DNA from: a virus
Virus record (IMG/VR): IMGVR_UViG_3300037087_000046
Span: 18,835-82,834 of that record
Length of the DNA stretch: 64,000 nt
Direction: 5' to 3' (one strand)
Positions 47,352 to 58,189 of the stretch are shown here, piece after piece. The notes below the pieces were generated by a model. The model saw only the letters and a list, made by a program, of their open reading frames with translations, ran no database searches and was not told the origin of the DNA. The position numbers and the translations under genes are program-made. Positions within the stretch are counted from its first letter, which is position 1. Each line of letters starts with the position of its first letter.

Positions 47352-48288
47352 CCTTTATAGATAATCTCCACGAAGTGGGCACGGTCAGATACCTCGGGGA
47401 GTTGGGGAATATTGAGCCACTTACCCCCACTCTATTATACAACGGGAAAAAGTATGGTTATCCACCCGGACTAACAATAGAGAACATGGTGCGTCGTTTG
47501 TGTAATGAATGTACGTTGGATTTTGAAGCAGTTACTAATCCACACGCCTATATGGACAACGAGCAGATAGTTGCTTACGAGGTAATGAAGAGAGTGGGCT
47601 TTAGTTTACCAGAAACTCTTGGTGCTACCATAAGTTCTCTTGAGGCAAATTTAAAGTGGTTGAAGATAATTATAGATGCAAACCCCTCCTTAGTTATCCC
47701 GGAAATAGTAGACCAAACTATTCAGGATAGAATTAAAGAAGGTAACCAACTGAGCCAGTATAGAAATGCTATAATTAAGCAGGTAAGGAGCGAACTATGA
47801 AGTATCTAATCATGTTTATGTTTCTATGTAGTACGTGTTTTGCCCAAGATTTGACATCCGCAACGTTGAATGATGTGGCTGCACATGGTGGACCTATTAG
47901 GTGCTTGGGGCTTGTTGGCCCTGCCCCATTGTCATGGAATTTTATGGTAGGGGACTCTGTTAAGGTAGGGTTTGCCCAGGGTCGTACCATGCAGAATATG
48001 GTTCAGACCATGTGTAACACTTACAACATCCCTTATGAACGTGCCACCAGCCGCTATTACGGGCTTACCACGGCACAGAAGCGCACAAAATACGTATTTA
48101 TACAGTTTGAGAAGAATCAGGGAATGACTGAGCAGCAATGCTTCAAGGTTCATGCTGATTATACTGAGGCAGTGACGACAAACACTCTTACGTCCGTGAC
48201 TTTGCAAGCACAGATTGATACTGGCAATGCTGCTAATGCACTTCGCAAACAGTATGAGGCTGAGGCTTTGACCCTGTTTCCAGACTGA
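47348..48288 (+). CDS. Two hypothetical proteins (47348-47800; 47797-48288 with a signal-peptide-like N-terminus)
   Basis: RBS-preceded, coupled; mutually similar middle segments (TIENMVRRLCNE / TMQNMVQTMCNT). Confidence 0.6.
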
Positions 48289-48293
48289 GGATT

Positions 48294-48359
48294 TTTCGAC
48301 GAAAAATATAAATCCACAGGCACTTTCGTTTTAGGGCATTTTTTGTATTACTATATATG
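48294..48359 (+). promoter_or_regulatory. Putative late promoter copy 2
   Basis: See copy 1; followed by AAGGAG RBS. Confidence 0.65.
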
Positions 48360-48374
48360 TAAGGAGCATGAACA

Positions 48375-48644
48375 ATGATTAGCAAAACTATTACTCTCAG
48401 CACTTCAGCAAAATCTTTATCGACCCTATTGGGTCAAGCAGAGAGCATTCATTGCACTCTCGTCATACTTCAGGCACCTTCCGGGAATTCTGGCGTGTCA
48501 TATTACGGCGACCTCAGTGAGCAACCCATGACGTTAGCGGCTGGGAGCAGTGCCCAAGTACCTTTGTCGAACACTTCAGATTTGTGGCTGAAGGGAACTG
48601 CTTCGGATTTGGTAAACGTTTTCGTGGCTACCGGGGAGATTTAA
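48375..48644 (+). CDS. Small virion-type protein
   Basis: Beta-rich; strong RBS. Confidence 0.6.
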   Translation: MISKTITLSTSAKSLSTLLGQAESIHCTLVILQAPSGNSGVSYYGDLSEQPMTLAAGSSAQVPLSNTSDLWLKGTASDLVNVFVATGEI

Positions 48645-48646
48645 GA

Positions 48647-48940
48647 ATGTCCGTCCCCTGCACACAAGAAAAAAAAATAGACGCGATATATACCGCTATT
48701 GTAGGAGACCTTACAACCCCCGGCATCCGCACAATGCTAGCAGAAATGACAGAGACCGTATCCAAATTGGAACACGTAGTCTGGGGTAATGGGAAACCAG
48801 GGTTGGTTGAAACCGTCACCAGTTTGGTGGAAGACCGCCGTCGTAAAAAAGATAGTAAGGGCGAGTGGGTAATTATTGTTTCGTTACTAATCACAAACGC
48901 CGTAGCCTTACTCGTACCATTTTTGGGGAAACATCCATAG
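48647..48940 (+). CDS. Small membrane protein (possible holin-associated)
   Basis: GNGKPGL motif, C-terminal TM segment. Confidence 0.55.
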   Translation: MSVPCTQEKKIDAIYTAIVGDLTTPGIRTMLAEMTETVSKLEHVVWGNGKPGLVETVTSLVEDRRRKKDSKGEWVIIVSLLITNAVALLVPFLGKHP

Positions 48941-48956
48941 AAAGAAGGGAAAAATT

Positions 48957-49673
48957 TTGGCTTACGGCTACATGGTGTACTTGACGCTTCCAGAAATTTC
49001 AACGGTATATTTTGGAATCACAACCCAACCTATTAGTCATAGATGGTGCAAACACCGTTCTGACGCACTATCTGCTACCCCAAAGTGTGTCTATCTACAT
49101 AGGTCAATGAAAAAACATGGGGTTGAAAATTTTCAAATTCAACAAATGTTTGAGAGTGAATCCTTGGATGAGTGTAAAAAGTGGGAAGTATTGACAATTA
49201 AATCAGCCCGTCAAATTGGACTGAAACTTTGGAACTTATCTGATGGGGGTGAAGGAGCAAGCGGCATAAAGCGGTCAGAAGAAACTAAAAAGAAAATGTC
49301 GGATGCCCTACGAGGTAAGCCAAAATCAGAAGCACATAAGAGAAACCTATCTATTGCCCGGTTAGGAATATCACCCTCCAATAAGGGTGTTCCCATGTCC
49401 GAGGAACAGAAACGGAAGGTTTCGGCTGCTCGTAAAGGAATACCAGCCCATAACAAGGGTGTGCCCATGTCTGAGGAACAAAAGCAGAAACTCAGGATAA
49501 TAAATCTTGGTAGAAAACAAAGTGAAGAAACTATACAGAAGAGACAGGGGCGTCCGGCAAAGAACAAAGGTATGAAACGTAGGACTGAGTATATACAAAA
49601 ACTCATAGACGGGGTGTTGGTAGATTGTGTAAAACACTCATATTATAGACCCGTTGTAGAACAAACCTTGTAG
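48957..49673 (+). CDS. GIY-YIG homing endonuclease with NUMOD3 repeats
   Basis: MVY...VYFGIT...RW..H, WNLSDGGEG, SEETKKKMS and NKGVPMSEEQK repeats. Confidence 0.85.
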   Translation: MAYGYMVYLTLPEISTVYFGITTQPISHRWCKHRSDALSATPKCVYLHRSMKKHGVENFQIQQMFESESLDECKKWEVLTIKSARQIGLKLWNLSDGGEGASGIKRSEETKKKMSDALRGKPKSEAHKRNLSIARLGISPSNKGVPMSEEQKRKVSAARKGIPAHNKGVPMSEEQKQKLRIINLGRKQSEETIQKRQGRPAKNKGMKRRTEYIQKLIDGVLVDCVKHSYYRPVVEQTL

Positions 49674-49693
49674 TTAATTGGAAAGACAATAAG

Positions 49694-51409
49694 ATGCACC
49701 CAGAGTTTATTCATCCTCTAAAGTCCCTTTTTGCAGAAAAAATTTCAGAAGGCTTGACACGCGCAGGAGTAAAAACGTGCTCAAAATGGGCGACTGCTTA
49801 TCGCGTTATGGACAACGGGCCGTGGGTAGAGGGTGCATTCCCGTGGACACTTAAAGAACATAAGCAGATTGCTAATTGGAGTTTTGAATTATTTCCTTGG
49901 CTAAAGGAGATGCACGATTGTAAAGCAGAGATAATGTGCTCGCAAAAGTGCGCTCAAATGGGCATGACGGAAGCAGCTTTAAACAAAACTTTTAAAGCAA
50001 TAGATATTGACCGAAAGAGTGTGCTTTATTTGCTCCCCACATCTGGGTCGGCACACAAATTTTCTGCCTCTCGTTTTGACCCGTGTCTTTCTTTGAGTCC
50101 GCATCTAAAAAACTTATTTTCGGATGTTAAGAATAAAGCGCATAAACAGGCTGGTAATGCTGCAATTTTTTTTCGCGGGACGCAGACCAGGGACGGGCTA
50201 AAATCTGATCCGGTTGATTTAATTATATTCGATGAGTTGGACGAAATGCCTGCAGATATGATTTCTCTCGCATTCGCTCGCACCTTGGGAAAGGCAGCAG
50301 GAACATACCAAAACTTTCTGTTGTCAACACCCAGTATTTCTGGAAAGGGTATAAACAAGTATTTTTCAGAAAGTGACCAGCGACACTTTATGTTTAAGTG
50401 TCCCCACTGTGGTAAAATGACAGAACTTGTTTACCCAGAATGCCTTGTGGTAACTGCGGAAGATTTTACTGATCCTTTGATTAAGAACTCCCATCTAATA
50501 TGTAAGGAATGCAAAAAAAAGTTAGGGCACCTTGATAAGAGGAACTTTCTGCGGGATGCAATTTGGGTTCCAACAGTTCCTGGAAGACTTTCAGCGGGAT
50601 ACGCGATAAACCAACTTTACTCTTGTCGGTCACACCCTTCCCGTATAGCCGAGCAAGTGTTAAAGGCAAGATATTCACAATCTGATGAGCAAGAGTTCTA
50701 CAATTCATATTTAGGGCTTCCGCGTGAGGTAGAAGGTGCTCGCTTAACTAATGCTCAGATTGATGCTTGTGTGAGAAATTACAAACAGGTGCAGGCTTCT
50801 AAACCGGGTTCTTTTGTAACGATGGGAGTTGATGTAGGAAATATCCTACATTACGTTGTTTTGGAATGGGCGTTCAATGGGAATGTTACCACAAAAGATA
50901 TAAATATGATGTCATCCGCCACATTACTAAAGGAAGGAAAGACAAGAAACTTTGAAGACCTTTCAGAATTGATGCACCGTTATCAAGTTCGTTTCTGTGT
51001 AATTGACAGCCAACCTGAGGTCAGAAAGGCAACGGAGTTTGCTAAATCTTTCCCCGGGAGAGTAAAAACCTGTACATACGCAAGTGGCTCAACTGGTACG
51101 GAAATAAAAGTAGGTAAGACAGACCCTTGGCGTGTAAACGTGGATAGAACTTCATTCATAGATATGATGTATGGGCGTTTTAGGACTGACCGTATAATTC
51201 TTCCACAAGACCTATCCCAAGAATACAGACAACACCTAACATCGCTTGTCCGCGTTTATAAAACGGATTCCAGTGGAAATGCGGTGGGACGCTATGAAAA
51301 GCCAGATAATGGTCAAGACCATTTTTGTCATAGCCAGACATACGCAGAGATAGCACTTTCTTTAGGAATCAGTCTCGCGCGATCCGCCCCACTTGAAGGA
51401 GTATTTTAA
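49694..51409 (+). CDS. terL: Terminase large subunit (lambda gpA-like)
   Basis: KCAQMGMTE, IIFDELD, STPS, CPHC..CKEC, MGVDVG, DHFCH. Confidence 0.9.
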   Translation: MHPEFIHPLKSLFAEKISEGLTRAGVKTCSKWATAYRVMDNGPWVEGAFPWTLKEHKQIANWSFELFPWLKEMHDCKAEIMCSQKCAQMGMTEAALNKTFKAIDIDRKSVLYLLPTSGSAHKFSASRFDPCLSLSPHLKNLFSDVKNKAHKQAGNAAIFFRGTQTRDGLKSDPVDLIIFDELDEMPADMISLAFARTLGKAAGTYQNFLLSTPSISGKGINKYFSESDQRHFMFKCPHCGKMTELVYPECLVVTAEDFTDPLIKNSHLICKECKKKLGHLDKRNFLRDAIWVPTVPGRLSAGYAINQLYSCRSHPSRIAEQVLKARYSQSDEQEFYNSYLGLPREVEGARLTNAQIDACVRNYKQVQASKPGSFVTMGVDVGNILHYVVLEWAFNGNVTTKDINMMSSATLLKEGKTRNFEDLSELMHRYQVRFCVIDSQPEVRKATEFAKSFPGRVKTCTYASGSTGTEIKVGKTDPWRVNVDRTSFIDMMYGRFRTDRIILPQDLSQEYRQHLTSLVRVYKTDSSGNAVGRYEKPDNGQDHFCHSQTYAEIALSLGISLARSAPLEGVF

Positions 51410-53121
51410 TGGATTTTATAAAGCACCCAGACGCATACAATCAAACCCTTGAGTGGGAGAAATGGCGGTACACTGCTGAGAGTGGGCAGGATTTTATAAA
51501 TCGCTATCTAAAGCAATTCTCTGCACGAGAAGAGGCTTTGAGTTTCCTACGACGCAAGGACATGACGTATTGTCCGGCGTATGCGAAGGGAGCGTTAAAC
51601 GATGTGAAGAATGCCATTTACCAGCGCATGGCAGACATTATCCGTGAAGGTGGCCCAGAGTCTTACATGACGGCGGTTCGTCGTAATGTGACTCGTAAAG
51701 GCCAGGATATGAACTCCTTCATAGGTTATAGCGTCTTGCCGGAGTTGTTGGTAATGGGCCGCGTAGGGATTTTCGTAGATAGGGAACCCCTACCGAGTTT
51801 TGCAACGAAGAAGGACGCTGCTGCGAATCCCCCTTATCTCTACATCTACCCAGTGGAAAAGATTCTAAACTGGGCGTATGAAAAAGATGAATTGGTTAGT
51901 GTTATGTTGGAAGACACTGTTCCTATTTACGATGAGGACACGTTGCTTCCTGTAGGGGAAAAAACATCTCAACGTCTTTTAAATAAGACGGAAAACGGTG
52001 TAAGGGTCCGTATTTTCAGCGGGGGCAAAGAAGCAGAACAGGATTACATGTTGGACATTGATAAAGTCCCATTTGTAATTTTTGATATTAAGCAATCCCT
52101 ACTTACGGATATTGCGAACTATCAAATTGCACTGATGAACTTGGCAAGTTCCGACCTTAATTACTGCTTCGTTGCCAACTTCCCTTTCTTGACGGTAAAT
52201 ACAAACCCGATTGAAGATTACGGAATGGGTCAGGCTAATGTATCTTCTGTTAGTTATGAGAATGGTTTGACTGAGGGGCCTGATGGGGCGGTAAATATAA
52301 CTCCTGTTTCAACTACCATTCAGAACATGGATGACGTTAAGACAAAAGTCAGTCCAAGTATGGGGATGAAGTACGGTATAGGTCTTGAGAGACCGGGGTT
52401 TATTTCACCACCTACTGACCCATTAGTCGCGAGCATGAAGAAACAAGCAGAGATGAAGGATGAGATTAAGCAGTTGCTTAATCTGTCTCTCTCTTCTATG
52501 GGCGATTCCAAAAGTAAGGAAGAGGGGTTGTCCTTCATCGGCCAAGAGTTGGAACGTGGGGAGCGTGAGATTGCAGCAGTTTGGGGACAGTATGAAAAGT
52601 CCAATCTTCAAGCAGTCATCAAGTACCCCAATAACTACTCACTTAGAACGGACGGTGAGCGTTTTGTTGAAGCAGAGATGTTATCCGCCATTGCACCCAG
52701 TCTTCCCTCTCGAACAGCAAAGCGGGAACTTACTAAGTCAATCACTCGTTTGTTACTTGAGAACAAAGTATCTCCTGAGACGATGCGAACTATTCTCGTA
52801 GAGATTGATAAGGTAGAGAACGTGGTTACTGACCCGAACGTGTTGGCGATGGACTATAGCAACGGGGTGGTAAGTGAGGAACTCTACAGCAAGTTGCGTG
52901 GTTATCCTGAAGGTGAAGTAGCCAAGGCTCGTATAGACCATGCAGAAAGAGCAGCACGCATTGTGTTGGCTCAGACAAGCGCTTCTATGCAGAATCCAGC
53001 GGCTCGTGGTGTACCGGATGTATCAGTAGATTCCAGTGAACCCACAACGGAGAAAACACTCTCTCAGGATGCAGCAATGTCAAGAACGGCAGAACGAATG
53101 GTACGAGGAGAAGGAAAATGA
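51409..53121 (+). CDS. Portal protein
   Basis: 570 aa directly after terL; GRVGIFVD...PYLYIY...ILNW. Confidence 0.8.
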   Translation: MDFIKHPDAYNQTLEWEKWRYTAESGQDFINRYLKQFSAREEALSFLRRKDMTYCPAYAKGALNDVKNAIYQRMADIIREGGPESYMTAVRRNVTRKGQDMNSFIGYSVLPELLVMGRVGIFVDREPLPSFATKKDAAANPPYLYIYPVEKILNWAYEKDELVSVMLEDTVPIYDEDTLLPVGEKTSQRLLNKTENGVRVRIFSGGKEAEQDYMLDIDKVPFVIFDIKQSLLTDIANYQIALMNLASSDLNYCFVANFPFLTVNTNPIEDYGMGQANVSSVSYENGLTEGPDGAVNITPVSTTIQNMDDVKTKVSPSMGMKYGIGLERPGFISPPTDPLVASMKKQAEMKDEIKQLLNLSLSSMGDSKSKEEGLSFIGQELERGEREIAAVWGQYEKSNLQAVIKYPNNYSLRTDGERFVEAEMLSAIAPSLPSRTAKRELTKSITRLLLENKVSPETMRTILVEIDKVENVVTDPNVLAMDYSNGVVSEELYSKLRGYPEGEVAKARIDHAERAARIVLAQTSASMQNPAARGVPDVSVDSSEPTTEKTLSQDAAMSRTAERMVRGEGK

Positions 53122-53561
53122 CAATATATGCGAGTGTGCATGAGGGGGATAATTTCTTTGAAGAGGAATTGGGCGGGGAAGCGTGGTCCTCCGCAACTAA
53201 ATCACAACAGCAGAAAGCACTCAACAAGTCCGCACGGCTGATTAACAGATTGAGGTATTCAGGTTATAAGACATCTGGTACACAGGATGAAGAGTTTCCC
53301 AGAAATGGGGAGACCGACGTACCGGATGATATTATGATAGCAGTAATTTTAGTAGCCGACCGTCTTTTGGACGGGATTGACACTGAGACAGAGTTTGAGA
53401 ATTTACAACTCACCAGTGCCACATTTTCACAAATATCATCTACCTACAATCGGAAAACGATTGCCCCTCACGTAGCGGCAGGAATCCCCAGTAGCGACGC
53501 ATGGAGATTACTGCTGCCTTACTTGAAGGTCAGTACGACTATTCCGTTGTGTAGGGTCTAA
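53118..53561 (+). CDS. Head-tail connector (DnaT-like family)
   Basis: YASV.E...W......KAL......I....Y.G.K....Q..EFPR. Confidence 0.7.
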   Translation: MTIYASVHEGDNFFEEELGGEAWSSATKSQQQKALNKSARLINRLRYSGYKTSGTQDEEFPRNGETDVPDDIMIAVILVADRLLDGIDTETEFENLQLTSATFSQISSTYNRKTIAPHVAAGIPSSDAWRLLLPYLKVSTTIPLCRV

Positions 53562-53574
53562 GAAAGGTAACACT

Positions 53575-54315
53575 ATGTCTGATGAAACAACCCCGGCAGC
53601 AGATGAACCAGTAGTCCCGCAGGAACCCCCTAAGAACGAGGAAAAACTCGTTCCTCAGACCAAGGTAAATTCTCTTGTAGCGGCTGAAAAACGTAAATAT
53701 GAAGAGACCGCTAAAAAGGCACTTGCCGAACTTGAGCAAATCAAGCAAACGGCTAACATGACGGCGCAAGAGAAGCAATCTTTGGAAGAGCGGATGGAAT
53801 CTCTTCGGAATGAATTTCTTACTAAAGAGGAACTTGCTAAGAAGGAAAAAGCAACTCTTGAAAAGAAATATCAAACTGATTTGGAGGGTGAGAAGTCAGC
53901 AAGTCAAGCATGGCGTGAGCGGTATACCGCAGCAACTATTGAACGTTCCATTGCAGATGCTGCCAATCAACACAATGCATTTTCCACCTTGCAGATTGAG
54001 GCGATTCTAAAGCCTCTGACTAAGTTGGAAGAGATTCTGGATGATAATGGGAAGTCTACTGGGTCGTTTAAACCCGTGGTGGCTTTTAACGATGTAACGG
54101 ACAAAGGGGAGCCTATTCTGTATAAACTCTCTCCTTCGGAAGCAGTGAAGAAAATGTCTGAGAAGGATGAGTTTTTCAATTTGTTTAAGAGTGAGGCAAC
54201 TGGTGGCGTTGGCGGTTATAACGTCTCAAGTGTGCGTCCTACGGATATGCGAGCAATCGCTTCCAACCCTGAAAAGTATCGCGAAATGCGTGCTAAAGGG
54301 CAACTTCCTAAGTAG
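53575..54315 (+). CDS. Capsid scaffolding protein
   Basis: Coiled-coil, before the capsid gene; NLFKS..TGG C-terminus. Confidence 0.75.
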   Translation: MSDETTPAADEPVVPQEPPKNEEKLVPQTKVNSLVAAEKRKYEETAKKALAELEQIKQTANMTAQEKQSLEERMESLRNEFLTKEELAKKEKATLEKKYQTDLEGEKSASQAWRERYTAATIERSIADAANQHNAFSTLQIEAILKPLTKLEEILDDNGKSTGSFKPVVAFNDVTDKGEPILYKLSPSEAVKKMSEKDEFFNLFKSEATGGVGGYNVSSVRPTDMRAIASNPEKYREMRAKGQLPK

Positions 54316-54332
54316 TATAAGGTATTAAAATA

Positions 54333-55664
54333 ATGGCTAATGATATTAGTGCGTTTATCCCAGAAGTCTGGGCGCAAGAATCTCTTGCAATCCTTGAAGA
54401 AAACACTGTCGCTGCCAACCTGGTCAACCGTGATTTTGAAGACCGAGTTGCTAATTTTGGAGATGTTGTAAATACCCGTAGTATCACCAAGGTCGAGGCT
54501 GACCGTTGGCAATCGGGCGATATTTCGCTGAGTGATATTACTTCTACCAATGTGGCAGTACCGCTTGACCAGTTGGGTGTCAAAGCATTCATTATCAATG
54601 ATAAAGACATGTCTATGTCTATGTCCGATCTGTTTGCAACCTATCTGAAGCCGCATGTTCAGGCCATTGCCCGCCAGATTGATGAGACTCTCATCAACCA
54701 AAAGTATCAGTTCCTTACCAACTGCGTAGGTAAAATTGGTACGGCGTTGACTAAGGACTCCGCAGTCGCGGTTGATAAGTTCTTCACTGACAAAAACGCT
54801 AATGGCTCCCGGTATGCGCTGTTGTCTGCTGCCCAGAAAGCAGACCTGCTGGGTGAAACCCAATTCACTGATGCTTATCGTCTTGGTGATGGCGGTTCGG
54901 CTCTTCGTGCGGGTTCTCTGGGTGAATTGTATGGTACTAACTGGCTGGTGGCACAGAACAACAAAACGGTGGCTTCCGGTAATACCACTATTACTGCTGC
55001 TGTGAATCATGTTGGTGGCTATGCGGCTGGTACTACGGCGATTGTTATTGATAGCACGTCTACTGCTGGTACTGCTGGTGGTTGGTGTACTATCGCTGGC
55101 GATATGACCCCGCAGCGTATTACGTCTTGTACCACGACTGCATTGGTTATCAGCCCCGGCCTTCGTAATGCAGTTGCGAATGATGCGGTTGTTACCTTCT
55201 ACACCCCCGGCACTGTCAATCTGTCCGCTGGTTATGCTGCTGGGTTTATTGACCCGATTGTTACGGGGACGTTCTCGGTGGCTCCTCAGAAGGGACAACT
55301 GGTGTCCTTCGGTACGGGTACTTCGGTGTATGGTGCGATTGGTACTCCTACCACGACCTCTCTGAAGGTTGACCGTCCTTTGGCGGTTGCCCTGACAAAC
55401 AGTGAAATCGTTGGTGTCGGCCCGGCTGGTAACTATGGGTTCGCCTTCACGAAGGACGCGCTTGCCCTTGTTTCTCGTCCGCTTGCCCTGTCTCCGGCTG
55501 GTGCTGGTGCTACCAGTTATGTTGCCAGTTACAATGGTCTCTCCGTTCGTGTGTCCTTTCAGCAGGACTTGCTCAAGAGCGGCGGTGGCATGATTGTTAA
55601 GGTTGACACGCTGTATGGTGTGAAGGCGCTTAACACCGACGCTGGCTGCGTCATCCTCTCCTAA
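54333..55664 (+). CDS. Major capsid protein (P22 coat-like) with a beta-rich insertion
   Basis: FIPEVWA...LVNRDFE...GDVVN, AF.KDA.ALVSRPL, DTLYGVK; strong codon bias. Confidence 0.88.
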   Translation: MANDISAFIPEVWAQESLAILEENTVAANLVNRDFEDRVANFGDVVNTRSITKVEADRWQSGDISLSDITSTNVAVPLDQLGVKAFIINDKDMSMSMSDLFATYLKPHVQAIARQIDETLINQKYQFLTNCVGKIGTALTKDSAVAVDKFFTDKNANGSRYALLSAAQKADLLGETQFTDAYRLGDGGSALRAGSLGELYGTNWLVAQNNKTVASGNTTITAAVNHVGGYAAGTTAIVIDSTSTAGTAGGWCTIAGDMTPQRITSCTTTALVISPGLRNAVANDAVVTFYTPGTVNLSAGYAAGFIDPIVTGTFSVAPQKGQLVSFGTGTSVYGAIGTPTTTSLKVDRPLAVALTNSEIVGVGPAGNYGFAFTKDALALVSRPLALSPAGAGATSYVASYNGLSVRVSFQQDLLKSGGGMIVKVDTLYGVKALNTDAGCVILS

Positions 55665-56026
55665 TGCGTTGGGTCGATGGGGTAATCTACAGTTTGGAGA
55701 AATACCATCCGACTGAGATAACTTGGAAACAAGTCTCAGGGACTACCCCCGACCTGACCACGGGGGAAGTAACTGAGTCCAGTATCTCGATAGTGTTCCG
55801 TAAAGCGGTAGTGTTGCCCCAAGATGTGCTTGTCGCCATCTTGGGGCAAAACGATACAGATATTGACAGCCAAATATTTCTGGTGAGAGAGAAGTCTTTT
55901 AAGGGGTACATGCCCCATACCAGAGATATTATCACAATAAGTGAAGTAGAACTTATTGTGAGTAAGGTTCATAAATATCTGGATTGTTATGTGTTGATAG
56001 CCAAGGGGGTAAATGCTAATGACTGA
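55664..56026 (+). CDS. Head closure protein
   Basis: Position; DLTTGE motif. Confidence 0.55.
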   Translation: MRWVDGVIYSLEKYHPTEITWKQVSGTTPDLTTGEVTESSISIVFRKAVVLPQDVLVAILGQNDTDIDSQIFLVREKSFKGYMPHTRDIITISEVELIVSKVHKYLDCYVLIAKGVNAND

Positions 56027-56459
56027 CAGTAGACTACCCCGTTGGCTCAGACAATCTGTGTATTATCACTTCAATGACTTGAAGGAAGGTACATGGACGC
56101 TACGCTACGAGGATGATTTGGGCACATCAACTACCCCATCACAAGTGTGTGAGGTAAGGATAGATGGCCCACGGTTACATAATACTGGAACCACCATTTG
56201 TACATTCGATATTACATGTGTCCTTAGCACTATACAGGGCACCAATATGTATACTCATAGCACAATGGTAGGTGAAGTCTTGGCAAGTTTCACTGACAGT
56301 ATAATCATCCGAAAAATGGGAACTGATGCAGATGAAGGAACTTCGGTAGTGTTGGGATGCTCCTCCATGCGTGGGGACATTCAAGTGAGAAATTATGACA
56401 GAGATGCGTTGAAGTTACAGCAATCAACAATTTCTGCGTCGTATCGGCTGGAGATATAA
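56013..56459 (+). CDS. Tail terminator-like protein
   Basis: Position; EVRIDGP. Confidence 0.55.
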   Translation: MLMTDSRLPRWLRQSVYYHFNDLKEGTWTLRYEDDLGTSTTPSQVCEVRIDGPRLHNTGTTICTFDITCVLSTIQGTNMYTHSTMVGEVLASFTDSIIIRKMGTDADEGTSVVLGCSSMRGDIQVRNYDRDALKLQQSTISASYRLEI

Positions 56460-56460
56460 A

Positions 56461-56964
56461 ATGGCCATAGTAGAACTAAAATATGCAACTATTCTGCTTG
56501 TTGATGGGGACACCCCTGTTAATACGCTGAGTCTTAAAATTGGAGATGGTAATCTTACCTACTCTGAAACACGCGCTGTAGAGTACATGAAAGATAAGGG
56601 TAAACTTGACCAGGTTCGTTTGGGGGATGAAGCCCCCGTGGATGTATCGTTGGACTGTCAACTTGAGAAATGGATTTCATCCAGTGGGGAACTTATTACC
56701 CCCCGTGAAGCCCTTACTAATACTGGCCGTGCTGCGGATTGGGTTACGTCCAGTTCGGATGTTTGTGAACCGTATGCGGTTGATTTGGTAGTTAATTATC
56801 AACCTCCGTGTGCTACGTCTGGGGCATCTCAGTTGATTACTCTGACTGACTTCCGTTATGAGAAACTAGACTTTGATCTGAAGGCTGGGACACTGAAAGT
56901 TACTGGTAAGTGTAACTGTACTTCTGCAACCTATGCCGCTGATGTTAGCGACGGCGCAGTTTAA
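56461..56964 (+). CDS. Major tail tube protein
   Basis: Position before the chaperones; followed by a long hairpin at 56977-57018. Confidence 0.65.
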   Translation: MAIVELKYATILLVDGDTPVNTLSLKIGDGNLTYSETRAVEYMKDKGKLDQVRLGDEAPVDVSLDCQLEKWISSSGELITPREALTNTGRAADWVTSSSDVCEPYAVDLVVNYQPPCATSGASQLITLTDFRYEKLDFDLKAGTLKVTGKCNCTSATYAADVSDGAV

Positions 56965-57025
56965 CCGAAAGGAATATTTACATACTACTGCCCGAAGTAC
57001 AGGGCAGTAGTATGTAAAACATTTT

Positions 57026-57708
57026 ATGAAACTCTTTGGACAAACTTTTGAGAAGCCCCATTTTGATGCAGTCCCTATCATCCGGGGTGAAGATGTAATG
57101 TATATCATCTGTGAATCAGTTGCAAACATGGATGATTTTGATGTGAAGTGCCCCGAACCTAAACCACCTATGGCAATGGTTCCGGGTGGTGAAGCATCCC
57201 CCGATTATACAGATAAAGAGTTCAAGAAGAAGATGGACGCACGCGGTCTTCAGAAGATTCATTATCTTATTATCAAGTCTCTTGCTCGTGTTGAGAAGTT
57301 GGTAGATGGACAGACTGTTTCTGAAGAACTTGGTTGGGAATTGGTAGATAAGGACGACCCTACTACGTGGTCTATGTGGATTGAGGACATTAAGGCAGCA
57401 GGTTTAACCGACTTTGAAATTAGTAAAATTCAATCTACCGTGTTTGAGGTGAATAGCCTTAATAACGAAAAGGTTGAGGCAGCCCGTAAGAGTTTTTTAG
57501 TTACCAAAGCGGCAGTAAAATAATAATGCCGCAAGGTCGTACTTTTAAATACTCGGTTTGGAGGGCTTGTGAAAGAATGGGTTTGAAGCCACCCGGTATA
57601 ACAGTTAAAAACTGGGAAGACCTTGATGTGGTAAGCCAGTCCAATCTTTTAGCCTATGACCAGGTAAGAGGGTACGAAGATGTTGAAATGCAGGTATCCC
57701 GTTTTTGA
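57026..57708 (+). CDS. Tail assembly chaperones G/GT with programmed -1 frameshift at T TTT TTA (57493-57499)
   Basis: The -1 frame is open from the slippery site into ORF 57526-57708. Confidence 0.75.
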
Positions 57709-58189
57709 GGTGGATACAGTTTACTTTCAGGCAGCGGTACACGAATTGCTCTCTTCTATTTTGAAGAGAGCAATTCGTGCTTGGTATAAGGAAGTATGGG
57801 GGGATATACCTGTATGGTCGGGAATGGCACAGGCAGAATTTATTCCATTAGGAGCAACCATTGGGGATGTTCCTACCGCCCAAACTGAAATAGTTTTTGA
57901 TACAGAAGGTGTTAGGCCTTCAATGGGTAGGTCAATAGGCCAAGACTCATTCAAGATAGAAACGGGGAATGGGGTATATCACTTTAATTTTACAGTAGGT
58001 GTACCTCACACAAATATAAATAGTGGAGATGGTGCCAAGCAGATGAATCTTAAAAGACCTGTCCCTTGGCAAACTTTTGTTAAGGCAGCGGCAGCACTTA
58101 AAAATGAGATTGAGATGGTGATGCTTGAGACAAAACTTTCACGGTTATTGTCAGAATCTATCCATGTAACATATAGGGAAACACGATAA
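57680..58189 (+). CDS. Neck/tail completion protein (HK97 gp10-like)
   Basis: IPVWSGMA; position. Confidence 0.5.
   Translation: MLKCRYPVFEVDTVYFQAAVHELLSSILKRAIRAWYKEVWGDIPVWSGMAQAEFIPLGATIGDVPTAQTEIVFDTEGVRPSMGRSIGQDSFKIETGNGVYHFNFTVGVPHTNINSGDGAKQMNLKRPVPWQTFVKAAAALKNEIEMVMLETKLSRLLSESIHVTYRETR

Noticed and set aside
54216-55298. 360-aa antisense ORF
   Set aside because: Mirror of the codon-biased major capsid gene; no RBS or motifs
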